Assembly: GCA_001029755.1 (NCBI GenBank)
Contig: CP011214.1
Span: 65,754 to 129,753 of the forward strand
DNA: 64,000 nucleotides
Direction: 5' to 3'
Source of the DNA: Candidatus Woesebacteria bacterium GW2011_GWF1_31_35
GTDB taxonomy: Bacteria > Patescibacteriota > Microgenomatia > UBA8517
Made by a program: the position numbers and the translations under genes
Part shown: positions 20,064 to 28,815 of the stretch, piece by piece
How the letters are laid out: every line of letters starts with the position of its first letter
Numbering within the stretch: the stretch's first letter is position 1
Notes under the pieces: generated by a model
The model's input: only the letters and a program-made list of their open reading frames with translations
Database searches by the model: none
Told to the model about the DNA's origin: nothing

Positions 20064-20573
20064 ATGAATGAATTAGATAAATATAAAGAAAAAATAAAAG
20101 AACCATTAAGACAAGCTACTCTCATGTTTTTAATTAAAGATAACAAGATATTACTAGCATTGAAAAAACGAGGTTTTGCTGTAGGTAAATGGAATGGAAT
20201 GGGTGGTAAACCAGAACCAAAAGACAAATCAATTATAGAAACTGCAATTCGTGAAACACTTGAGGAAGTTAATGTAACACCTATAAATCCAATACGTGTT
20301 GCAACTTTGAATTTTTATTTTCCAGAAAATCCAGTTTGGAGTCAGCAAGTAGCTGTGTTTTTAGCTAAACAGTGGTCTGGAGAAGCGACAGAAACAGACG
20401 AAATGATGCCAAAGTGGTTTAATGTAAATGAAATCCCATTTGAAAAAATGTGGGAAGATGATAAATTTTGGTTACCTCAAATAATAAATGGAACTTTTAT
20501 AGAAGCTGACTTTTTACTTGATAATAATCAGAGAATGATTGAGAAAAATATAAGAGAAATCACCTTACATTAA
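20064..20573 (+). CDS. NUDIX hydrolase (MutT-like)
   Basis: It has a Nudix box, GGKPEPKDKSIIETAIRETLEEVNV. Confidence 0.7.
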   Translation: MNELDKYKEKIKEPLRQATLMFLIKDNKILLALKKRGFAVGKWNGMGGKPEPKDKSIIETAIRETLEEVNVTPINPIRVATLNFYFPENPVWSQQVAVFLAKQWSGEATETDEMMPKWFNVNEIPFEKMWEDDKFWLPQIINGTFIEADFLLDNNQRMIEKNIREITLH

Positions 20574-21798
20574 TCTTTTCTTTACCCATCCATTTTTGAA
20601 GTACTAATGGAATTGAAATTGAACCATCTTCATTTTGAAAATTTTCATAAATTGCAATTACAGTCCTACTCGTTGTAACGATTGTTCCGTTAAGTGTATG
20701 GACAAAAACATTTTCACCATCCATCTTTGTTTTAATATTTAATCTTCTACTTTGAAAATCAGTGGTGTTGCTGGCACTTGTAATTTCTCTATATTTATTT
20801 TGTGATGGCATCCATGCTTCTAAATCATATTTTTTAGTTGCAGCGTTACCAAGATCTCCGGAAGTCATTTTTACAACTTGATAAGGTATACCCAGTTCTT
20901 GATAGATTTCTTCTTCAATTGCTAATAGTTCTTCATGAATTTTTGTAGAATCTTTTGGATCACAAAAAACAACCATCTCTACTTTTTTAAATTCATGAAC
21001 TCTTAAAATTCCTCTTACATCTTTTCCGTAACTTCCAATTTCTTTTCTATAACAACTAGAAAGTCCTACATATTTTAGTGGTAATTTAGAAGATTCAATC
21101 ATTTCATCAGTGTGCATTCCAACTAAGGTAATTTCTGCTGTTGCAATTAAATCAAGATCTTCATCTTCCAAGTGATAAATTTGTCTTTCTTTATCACTTC
21201 TTGCTTGAAATCCACAACCTACAATATTTCGCTCTTTTGCCACATTTGGAGTAATAACAGGAATAAATCCTTTTGAAATTAATTTTTCAAATGCAAACTG
21301 TTCTAATGCTAATTCAAGTAATACTGCATCATTTTTAAAATAGAAAAAACCTGACTGGGCAACTTTTGCTCCTCTTTCTAAATCAATTGTGTCAGTTATA
21401 ATTCCTAAATCTACATGATCTCGTACATTGAAAGAAAATTCTGGTAGCTCACCTACTTTTTTAATAACTTCATTTTCGTCAGCATTTCCTACTTTAACAT
21501 CAGATGCAGAAGGATTTGGAATTTTAAACATAAGTGTATTAAATTCTTCCTCAATCTTTTTTAAATCATCCTCGACTTCTTTTAATTCTGTTTTTAAATC
21601 TTTACCCCTACTTGATGATTCGTGGCTTTTACTTAATTCATTTCTTTCTGCCCTTAATTTTTCAGATTTTAAAATCGAATCTCTTCTTTTCTCATCAACT
21701 TTCAGAAGTTTATCAACCACGTTTTCATCAAAACCTTTGTCTTTGGTAGCTTTTTTTATAAAATCACTATTTTCTCTAATAAACTTAATATCTAACAT
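20560..21798 (-). CDS. serS: seryl-tRNA synthetase
   Basis: It has an N-terminal coiled-coil arm and the class II core with SerRS motifs, at 412 aa. Confidence 0.9.
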   Translation of the reverse strand: MLDIKFIRENSDFIKKATKDKGFDENVVDKLLKVDEKRRDSILKSEKLRAERNELSKSHESSSRGKDLKTELKEVEDDLKKIEEEFNTLMFKIPNPSASDVKVGNADENEVIKKVGELPEFSFNVRDHVDLGIITDTIDLERGAKVAQSGFFYFKNDAVLLELALEQFAFEKLISKGFIPVITPNVAKERNIVGCGFQARSDKERQIYHLEDEDLDLIATAEITLVGMHTDEMIESSKLPLKYVGLSSCYRKEIGSYGKDVRGILRVHEFKKVEMVVFCDPKDSTKIHEELLAIEEEIYQELGIPYQVVKMTSGDLGNAATKKYDLEAWMPSQNKYREITSASNTTDFQSRRLNIKTKMDGENVFVHTLNGTIVTTSRTVIAIYENFQNEDGSISIPLVLQKWMGKEKINVR

Positions 21799-21833
21799 AT
21801 AAAGTTATTATAAACTAAGTTTACAGGCTTTGC

Positions 21834-22388
21834 CTATAACCCAAGTTCAGAAGAAATTCCTTGCATAGATTTTAAAACGATTTCTATGAACTGATTTAAA
21901 GGTATTCCAAGTTTTTCTTCACACAAACTAATTTGTTCTCTACTAACTCCTTTTGCAAAAGATTTTTCAGGCCATTTTTTTAATACATTTTCAACTGTTA
22001 CAAAAGATAATTTTTTCTCAGGTCTGACAAGTGCAACAGCTACAATTAATCCTGTTAATTCATCGCAACAATACAAACTCCATTCTAATTTTGTGGTAGG
22101 TTCTGGTAGACCATCTCTATATTGCCATGCATGAGTTTTAATAGCGTTAATTAAAACTTTATCTTCTTTTCTTTTTTTCAATTCTTCAATCAAAAATAAT
22201 GGATGAGTATCTGGATGTTTTTCATAATCAGCATCATGAATTAAACCTACAATTTTCCACAGATTATTATCTTCCTTAAAATAATCAGCTAATCCTCTCA
22301 TAGCAGCTTCGACTGCAAACATATGTTTAACTAAATTTTTGTTTTCAGTTTGAGAAGTAACTAAATTAAAAGCCTCTTCACGAGTCAT
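21834..22388 (-). CDS. HD domain phosphohydrolase
   Basis: The H...HD motif is present (LIHDADYEKHPDTHPLF). Confidence 0.65.
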   Translation of the reverse strand: MTREEAFNLVTSQTENKNLVKHMFAVEAAMRGLADYFKEDNNLWKIVGLIHDADYEKHPDTHPLFLIEELKKRKEDKVLINAIKTHAWQYRDGLPEPTTKLEWSLYCCDELTGLIVAVALVRPEKKLSFVTVENVLKKWPEKSFAKGVSREQISLCEEKLGIPLNQFIEIVLKSMQGISSELGL

Positions 22389-22690
22389 TTTTTCTTTGAA
22401 GCAACTGTCTTTGGAGAAAGTTGTTTTCGAAGTCTAAAGATTATCACACTGCGAACAAGGTTACAAATTAAGGTTAATAGCCAATAAACGGTTGGTACTA
22501 TAATTATCGCTTGCATTATTTTTAAAGATGATGCTTTGTATGGATCAATTATTTTAGGAAAAACTGATGGAGCTCCAATAAAAAGAAGTAGAGACAAAAT
22601 TGAAATTGAAATTGATTCTGTAGCACAATGAACGATATCTTTCTTCAATCCTTTAATCTCGTGCAAAATTTGTTCTTTATCTTTTTTCAT
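22385..22690 (-). CDS. small membrane protein
   Basis: A 101-aa protein with two predicted TM helices, translationally coupled between lysS and the HD gene. Confidence 0.35.
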   Translation of the reverse strand: MKKDKEQILHEIKGLKKDIVHCATESISISILSLLLFIGAPSVFPKIIDPYKASSLKIMQAIIIVPTVYWLLTLICNLVRSVIIFRLRKQLSPKTVASKKK

Positions 22691-24111
22691 ATTTCAGGTC
22701 TTAATAAAGGAAATAATACAGTTTCTTTTATAGGCTTGTCAACAAGGAAAGAGAAAAGACGCTCAGAAACACCAAATCCTGAGACTGGTGGCATACCATA
22801 TTCTAATGCTCTTACAAAATCCCAATCATTCATTTGTGCTTCTAAATCCCCGCTATCTCGAAGTTTTTGTTGTTCTTTAAATCTTTCAGCTTGATCAATA
22901 GGATCATTTAATTCTGAATATCCATTGCCCATTTCACTCCCTGCAATAATTACTTGATATCTTTCAACATTTTCTGGTTTACTTTCAATTCTTTTAGCAA
23001 GTGGTGAAACTTCAACAGGATGTCCCACTAAAAAGACTGGGCCTACAATTTCTTTTCTTACATGTTTCCAGAGTAAATCAATTAACCTAGATTTTGAAAG
23101 ATTTTTATCATAATCAGTCTTTAAGTCTTTTAGTTTTGTTTCAATTTCTTTAATTGTAGCTTTACTTATATCAATCTTAATTTTTTCATTTATAGTTTCT
23201 GTATAGTCAATTTTTTCCCAGTTTCTTTCTAAATTAACAGACTCTCCACCTATTTCAAATTTTAATTTTCCAAAAGTCTCTTTAGCAACAAATTTATACA
23301 TCTCCTCTACTAATTTCATTGAATCTTCATAATTAACGTAAGCCCAGTAAAATTCCATTTGGGTATAATCTTGAAGATGTTCACGACTTAGGCCTTCATT
23401 CCTAAATTGTCTACCTATCTCAAATGTTTTGTCAAAACCTGCAACCATTAATCTTTTCTGCCAAAGTTCTCCCATTGAAATTCGAAGATAAAGATCGATA
23501 TCTAATGCATCATGATGAGTAATAAACGGTTTTGCATCCGCTCCTCCTGCAGTATTTTCTAAAACTGGAGTCTCAACTTCTAAAAATCCTTTTTCAATCA
23601 AAAAATTTCTCATACTATTCCAGAATATTGATTTTTTAATAAAAATGTCACGAAGTTCATCGTTTAACAGCAAATCAACATATCTTTGTCTGTATCTTTC
23701 TTCTGTATCTTTTAAACCATACCAGGTACTTGGAAGTTGTTTTATGGATTTAGTTAATATTTGAAAATCCTCTACTGAAACTGTAATTTCTCCTGCTTGA
23801 GTTTTAATTACTGAGCCATTGACTGCCAAGAAATCCCCAGTATCTATTAAACTTAATATTTCAAATTTTTCATTTAATGTCTTTTTCTGAAATAAGATTT
23901 GGATAATTCCACTAGAATCTTTTAAATCAGCAAAGATAACTCCACCATGAACTCTTAAGGACCATACTCTACCTGTAATTAAGACCTCTTTGTCCATTGA
24001 TTCACGAGCAATAGATATTAAAATATGCTTTCCTTTTAGATTAATTTTTGAAGGATAAGGATTAATTCCTAAACTCTTTATCTTTTCTAATTTTTCGAGT
24101 TTATCGTCCAT
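22687..24111 (-). CDS. lysS: lysyl-tRNA synthetase (class II)
   Basis: It has an OB anticodon-binding N-terminus and class II motifs 1-3 (e.g. GGADAKPFITHHDALDIDLYLRIS, GFGVSERL), at 474 aa. Confidence 0.9.
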   Translation of the reverse strand: MDDKLEKLEKIKSLGINPYPSKINLKGKHILISIARESMDKEVLITGRVWSLRVHGGVIFADLKDSSGIIQILFQKKTLNEKFEILSLIDTGDFLAVNGSVIKTQAGEITVSVEDFQILTKSIKQLPSTWYGLKDTEERYRQRYVDLLLNDELRDIFIKKSIFWNSMRNFLIEKGFLEVETPVLENTAGGADAKPFITHHDALDIDLYLRISMGELWQKRLMVAGFDKTFEIGRQFRNEGLSREHLQDYTQMEFYWAYVNYEDSMKLVEEMYKFVAKETFGKLKFEIGGESVNLERNWEKIDYTETINEKIKIDISKATIKEIETKLKDLKTDYDKNLSKSRLIDLLWKHVRKEIVGPVFLVGHPVEVSPLAKRIESKPENVERYQVIIAGSEMGNGYSELNDPIDQAERFKEQQKLRDSGDLEAQMNDWDFVRALEYGMPPVSGFGVSERLFSFLVDKPIKETVLFPLLRPEI

Positions 24112-24137
24112 TTCGTATATTAAGTATAAAGCGAGGG

Positions 24138-24602
24138 TTATTCTATAGCAAGAATCTCATATAAAACTTTACCTGCAGGAGCTTCAACTTCTAATTTTTC
24201 TCCTACTTTTTTTCCAATTAAAGCAGAACCTAAAGGAGAAGTTGGAGATATCTTTCTATTAACAGGATCTGCTTCCCATTCTCCAACTATTTCAAAAGTA
24301 TTTTTAATTCCATTTACTCTAACTGTAACTTTTGCACCAACTCCAGCTCCACTTCCTGATTTTGGTAAAGAAGCTACAATTTTTGCATTTTTAATAACAT
24401 CATTTAATTCATCGATTCTTCCTTCCAAAAATCCTAATTCTTCTTTAGCATTTTGATAATCACTATTTTCAGACAAATCTCCCTGTGATCTCGCATTAGA
24501 AAGTCTTTCTATTAATTGTGGTCTTTTTGTTTCCAGCAAAACCACTAACTCATCCTTAAGAGCTTTGAATCCTTTTTCTGTAAGTTGTATTTGTTTCGCC
24601 AT
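24138..24602 (-). CDS. greA: transcription elongation factor GreA
   Basis: It has a coiled-coil N-terminus with acidic tip (SENSDYQNAKEE) and an FKBP-like C-terminal domain. Confidence 0.9.
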   Translation of the reverse strand: MAKQIQLTEKGFKALKDELVVLLETKRPQLIERLSNARSQGDLSENSDYQNAKEELGFLEGRIDELNDVIKNAKIVASLPKSGSGAGVGAKVTVRVNGIKNTFEIVGEWEADPVNRKISPTSPLGSALIGKKVGEKLEVEAPAGKVLYEILAIE

Positions 24603-24749
24603 ATATCTATCGAAAAAAATATCCCTCCTTTTTGGAGAGAAATAATACTAACCGGTCTAGATTCTACCCCCTATTAACATCCAATGTCAAGAAATCAGAA
24701 AGTATCAAAATATAATCATTTTTGATAGAATATAAGATTATAAAGTTAT

Positions 24750-24822
24750 GGCCCCATCGTCTAGTGGCCTAGGACACCAGATTCTCATTCTGGGAACCTG
24801 GATTCGAATTCCAGTGGGGTCA
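24750..24822 (+). tRNA. tRNA-Glu (anticodon CTC)
   Basis: A hand-folded cloverleaf: acceptor GGCCCCA/TGGGGTC, D-arm GTC..GAC, anticodon stem CCAGA/TCTGG with loop TTCTCAT, T-arm CTGGA-TTCGAAT-TCCAG, discriminator A. CCA is not encoded. Confidence 0.8.
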
Positions 24823-25088
24823 CATATATCGCAAGGTTCAGCGCGACCCGTTGGCCTGCGCTGAAAAGCCCGATACTGCTTGTTAATTTTTGATCGAATT
24901 GTTCGAAATGTCGTTTTAGATCCTGTAATACGCAAATTCCCCTCTACTTTTTCCTTGCATTTAAGCCACGAGAAGAACACCTATCCTAGGTGTTGAGGCT
25001 ATTTTTGAATTGTTATCGCCCTTTTTGACAGAATAAACTTCGTTTTGATGAATGAAAGTGCTTCCTGTCTTTCCTCGGCAGTTCCGAT

Positions 25089-25460
25089 CTAAAGTATGTG
25101 TAAGAGATAGTTTTTTGTCATCTCATTTTTATCTGCTGAAGTTTGAGGAATTCTGTTGAATTCAGCTAGATGTCCATCTATAAATTCCTGATGGAGTACT
25201 TGGGTTTTGAGCCGGTGGTACCGTTCAATATCTTCTTGAATTTTTCTTGTTACTCCGGTGTGATTAAATTTGATTTTGTCGATATTGGCAATTAGTTGTT
25301 TTACCAAGTCGTCTTCAGTAATGTATGGCTCATCGCACTCGTAATTTAATGATCGGCCACAGTGATAATAGGTATGTTTGGCATATCCACCATGTTTTAG
25401 TTTTCTGATTTTTTCCTGAACTTCTTTCAGCCTTTCTTTTATCTCGTCTTCCTTTTTCAT
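25089..25460 (-). pseudogene. serine recombinase C-terminal fragment (remnant)
   Basis: This 123-aa ORF aligns to the zinc-ribbon/C-terminal region of the large serine recombinase at 36670..37989 (HTYYHCGRSLNYECDEPYITEDDLVKQLIANI vs HIYYHCARPLSKCTEPYISEDKLIKQILRYI). The N-terminal resolvase catalytic domain is missing. It lies 266 nt from tRNA-Glu in a GC-elevated segment. Confidence 0.55.
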
Positions 25461-25858
25461 TTCAATTTTTTTAGTAGTTCCTTTGGCGTTTTAACAATTT
25501 CTCTAAAAAGAATCTTTCGTGCATACTCTTCATCTTTGTCTGAAAGAGCATAAACTGGTTTGCCTAGTGCTACTGCGTATCCAATTTCTTGAGTAGTGCT
25601 ATTTCCACAATATCCATCTTTGTTAAAAACAAAAACTACATCAGCATTTTTTATCTTTTGAAAATGGTCAAATGTTAAACCTGCGACTACTTTTTCTTTA
25701 TACGTTTCTGATAGACCCTGGAATTCCTTAATTAATTTTGGTTCACGAAGTGGAAATGGTGGTTCAAACACGACAACACCCAGCTTTCTAAGTTCTGCTG
25801 CAAATTTTATGACTTCTGTTTTGAATCTTCCGCTTCCGCAAATAACAACACTTTTCAT
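25457..25858 (-). CDS. nucleoside 2-deoxyribosyltransferase-like (DNPH1/Rcl-fold) protein
   Basis: A 133-aa protein with MKSVVICGS..., FNKDGYCGNSTTQEIGYAVALGKPVY matching the NDT-family Glu-containing motif. Confidence 0.5.
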   Translation of the reverse strand: MKSVVICGSGRFKTEVIKFAAELRKLGVVVFEPPFPLREPKLIKEFQGLSETYKEKVVAGLTFDHFQKIKNADVVFVFNKDGYCGNSTTQEIGYAVALGKPVYALSDKDEEYARKILFREIVKTPKELLKKLK

Positions 25859-25862
25859 AATT

Positions 25863-26249
25863 TTATTTTAGTCTTTTTACTAGTTCCTTTGGAGTTTTAA
25901 TAATTTCATCAAAGAGAACATTTCTACAGGGTTCATCTTTATCTTCACTAAATACATATATTGGTTTCCCTAAGGCTTCAGCAAATCCCAACTCCATTGT
26001 TCCACTATTGCCCATATAACCATCTTTGTTAAAAATATAAACCACTTCTGACTTTCTAATAAAACTAAAGTGGTGGTGAGTTAACCCCAAGAACGAATAT
26101 CTTTTCAAGTTTGGTGGAAGATCATCTATTCTTCTGTCTTGGTTTAATATTGGTTCATGCACGGTCACTCCAAGTGCCTTGAGGTCTTTGCTAAATTTTC
26201 TGATTTCCTTTTCAAACCTTCTTGAACCACAAATTACAACACTTTTCAT
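25863..26249 (-). CDS. nucleoside 2-deoxyribosyltransferase-like protein (tandem paralog)
   Basis: A 128-aa protein about 50% identical to 25457..25858, with the same FNKDGYMGNSGTMELGFAEALGKPIY motif. Confidence 0.5.
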   Translation of the reverse strand: MKSVVICGSRRFEKEIRKFSKDLKALGVTVHEPILNQDRRIDDLPPNLKRYSFLGLTHHHFSFIRKSEVVYIFNKDGYMGNSGTMELGFAEALGKPIYVFSEDKDEPCRNVLFDEIIKTPKELVKRLK

Positions 26250-26294
26250 TGGGCAAATTGTACCACAATTTTACGATAGAAATTATTAAGATAT

Positions 26295-27182
26295 TTGATG
26301 GTTTGGTATACTTCAGTTGTGCTAAACAATAGAGGTCAAACTTTTAAACTTAAAGACGGAAGAAAATTAGGGTATGTCGAATATGGAGATCCAAAAGGTA
26401 AGCCTGTTTTCTTTTTTCATGGTTGGCCGGGATCTCGTTTTGCAGGGAAAGAGGCAGACAATGCTGGCAAAAAGTTAGGTGTAAGAATAATTTCAACAGA
26501 TAGACCGGGAATTGGATTATCGGATTTCAAAAAAGACAGGAGACTTCTTGATTGGCCAGACGATATTGTTGAGTTAGCAAACTATTTGAAAATAAAGAAG
26601 TTCTCTTTAATGGGAGTTTCTGGTGGTGGGCCATATGTTGCTGTGTGTGCATACAAAATTCCTGAAAGGATAATAAAAGCTGGTATAGTTGTCGGTCTAG
26701 CCCCCATAACTAAAAAGAATTTAGAAGGAATGTCGTCTCGAGGGAACGTTGGTTGGGCAAACTATCATAGATTTCCTTGGTTAAGAACACTTTCAGCCTT
26801 AAATTCGGCAATTCTTTTTAAATACGTTCCTTTTCTTGGCAATCTTCTCGCCTTTCCGACTAAACAAGATCATTTAGCGTATATCGAAGCTGTCAAAAAT
26901 AAAGCAGGAGAAGAATCCAGTGTTAAAGAAGCATTCAATCAAGGGATAAAAGGCCCAAGCGAGGAATTGAGGGTTTATACTGACAACTGGGGTTTTAAAG
27001 TGAAAGATATTAAAGGAAAAGTATATCTTTGGTATGGAGCAAAAGATAAATGTGTTTCCTTAAACATGGCCAGGTATTATGAATCTCAGATCCCAAACAG
27101 TAAATTATTTATTGATAAAGATGGAGGTCATCTTGCAAGGTACAACTTTGAAGAAAGAATATTAAAGACGCTAACACTATAA
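26295..27182 (+). CDS. alpha/beta hydrolase (proline iminopeptidase / epoxide hydrolase-like)
   Basis: It has the HGWPGS oxyanion region, the nucleophile elbow GVSGGG and a C-terminal GGH. Confidence 0.65.
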   Translation: MMVWYTSVVLNNRGQTFKLKDGRKLGYVEYGDPKGKPVFFFHGWPGSRFAGKEADNAGKKLGVRIISTDRPGIGLSDFKKDRRLLDWPDDIVELANYLKIKKFSLMGVSGGGPYVAVCAYKIPERIIKAGIVVGLAPITKKNLEGMSSRGNVGWANYHRFPWLRTLSALNSAILFKYVPFLGNLLAFPTKQDHLAYIEAVKNKAGEESSVKEAFNQGIKGPSEELRVYTDNWGFKVKDIKGKVYLWYGAKDKCVSLNMARYYESQIPNSKLFIDKDGGHLARYNFEERILKTLTL

Positions 27183-27689
27183 ATGATTGAAAAACACCCA
27201 TTCGGGAATTTTGTTCCTAAGAAACCAAAATATCTAATGTTGGGCAGTTTCGTAACCAAGCCGTCAAACCCATACGAATGGTTTTATGCCAACGGTAGAA
27301 ACCAATTCTGGCCAATAATGGGGGAGGTTTATACTTCTAACTTCAGCACCAAAGAAAAACAACAAAAGCTTTTTATACAACTAGAGATGGCTCTTGCGGA
27401 CATAATTTTATCTTGCGAAAGAAAGAAAAATAGTAATTTAGACATAAATCTGTTTAACATTGTCTATAATACGAAAGCAATAACGACCATTATTGACAAA
27501 TACAACATAAAGAAGATATTTTTCACTAGTCGGTATGTAGAAAACCTATTTAGAAAACAATTTAAAGGTCTTATCGAACAACATCCTAAAGTAGAATTGG
27601 TTACATTACCCTCACCTTCACCTCGTTACGCCATGGTTACCAAGTTGGAAAAGGTGGCTAAATATAAGGAGTTGCTGCCAAGACTCTAG
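27183..27689 (+). CDS. uracil-DNA glycosylase superfamily protein (family 6 / HDG-like)
   Basis: Motif A-like LMLGSFVTKPSNPYEWFYANGRNQFWPI (GSxPS...YY..NxFW) and motif B-like LPSPSPRYA are present. Confidence 0.5.
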   Translation: MIEKHPFGNFVPKKPKYLMLGSFVTKPSNPYEWFYANGRNQFWPIMGEVYTSNFSTKEKQQKLFIQLEMALADIILSCERKKNSNLDINLFNIVYNTKAITTIIDKYNIKKIFFTSRYVENLFRKQFKGLIEQHPKVELVTLPSPSPRYAMVTKLEKVAKYKELLPRL

Positions 27690-27693
27690 TTAA

Positions 27694-27826
27694 TATATCA
27701 AACTACATTATTATCATTTGAGACACCCTTTTTATAGTGTCTCATTTGTCTCATTTAGCCTTGATATGATACACTACGAAAGTTACTGGTTATGGGACTA
27801 AAGGGTTCCAGACCCGTATGGCTCAC
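27694..27826 (+). repeat. conserved about 133-nt non-coding element, copy 1 (tandem GTCTCATTT 9-mers plus hairpins)
   Basis: It aligns with 48009..48142. The first 15 nt (tatatcaaactacat) and a 46-nt core (ttttatagtgtctcatttgtctcatttagccttgatatgatacact) are shared with only 2 mismatches. The flanking stretches are about 70% identical, with hairpin GGGT-tccag-ACCC here versus GGT-ctcg-ACC in copy 2. Confidence 0.7.
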
Positions 27827-27896
27827 TATTTTAAACTATAACTTCAACAATCTTTATTTTTTAATGATGAGGTGATAAAGTCCTTCAATATGCAAT

Positions 27897-28256
27897 ATGA
27901 TTGAGAATAATAAAAATATACCTCCAGTGGAGACGGGGAATTTATTGGTCATGATTAGGGAAGCCACAAAAAGTGATTTAATTATTGCGAACTGGGATGA
28001 ATATGATAAATCATTTAATGATTTTACAAATGGATTTAAGGCCTCTGGTCATTTAGTTTTCGGATATCTTGATGGTAATAATGAATTTTATCCAGCAAAT
28101 TCTAATAAAGACATCTTCTATTCATATGATCTTACAAAAAGTATCAAAATAATTTCATGTAATCCTCAACCAATTATTCAAAAATTTAAAATTGAGGGTT
28201 ATGACAAAAATACAGGGAAAATAATTTTTGAAACAAACAACACTTCAAATAATTAA
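27897..28256 (+). CDS. hypothetical protein
   Basis: A 119-aa AT-rich ORF with no motif. Confidence 0.3.
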   Translation: MIENNKNIPPVETGNLLVMIREATKSDLIIANWDEYDKSFNDFTNGFKASGHLVFGYLDGNNEFYPANSNKDIFYSYDLTKSIKIISCNPQPIIQKFKIEGYDKNTGKIIFETNNTSNN

Positions 28257-28272
28257 ATGAGTATTAATTATT

Positions 28273-28815
28273 TTAACTCTTTTTTATTACCCCAAATTCT
28301 TTAATAAAACTTTCTTTTGTATGATAAAAAAGTGAAAGTGGTTGAGGTATTGATAGTTCATCAAGTTTTGGAGCTCCAATAATAGTTTTATCATGTGCTC
28401 TTATTAAATCTGGATCGTCTATAAATTGGTGAGTTTCAAATCCATGTCTTTCACCCCATTTAGTAGAGAGTGTACATAAACCCCAAATCTCATTAATTTT
28501 AATTAACCGAGAATCATTTTGAAGTTTAACTGCTAAATCGTTTAAATCAGTCTTTAAATTTTTAAAAAAAATCTTCATTAATTCTAGAGGTTTAGAATTA
28601 AGTTTATTTAATTCTTCCAAACCTTCTCGAAAATGAATAGATATAATTCCACAAGAATCATGAATAAAAATTGATAAATGTTTTCCAATTGGAATTGCTT
28701 TATCTTTCAACTCTTCATAATGTGTCCCTTCAATAAAAAGGTATTGTCCTAATGCAATTCTCTTCTCGTTATCCATACTAATTTTAAAATTAAAATTTAT
28801 TATTTTATCGGCCAA
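28273..28815 (-). CDS. hypothetical protein
   Basis: A 180-aa ORF immediately downstream of lon, overlapping its end by 16 nt. Confidence 0.3.
   Translation of the reverse strand: MADKIINFNFKISMDNEKRIALGQYLFIEGTHYEELKDKAIPIGKHLSIFIHDSCGIISIHFREGLEELNKLNSKPLELMKIFFKNLKTDLNDLAVKLQNDSRLIKINEIWGLCTLSTKWGERHGFETHQFIDDPDLIRAHDKTIIGAPKLDELSIPQPLSLFYHTKESFIKEFGVIKKS

Larger units (their letters stand above)
24823..27826. mobile_element. decayed integrated element remnant (island 1) adjacent to tRNA-Glu
   Basis: A GC-elevated, roughly 3-kb stretch begins at the tRNA-Glu 3' end. It contains a serine-recombinase fragment and ends with copy 1 of the conserved element. The layout and orientation match island 2. 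Confidence 0.45.

Noticed and set aside
24738-24980. An 80-aa minus-strand ORF.
   Set aside because: It overlaps the plus-strand tRNA-Glu gene and GC-rich non-coding DNA. Its composition is Arg/Cys-rich nonsense, so it was treated as a spurious ORF.
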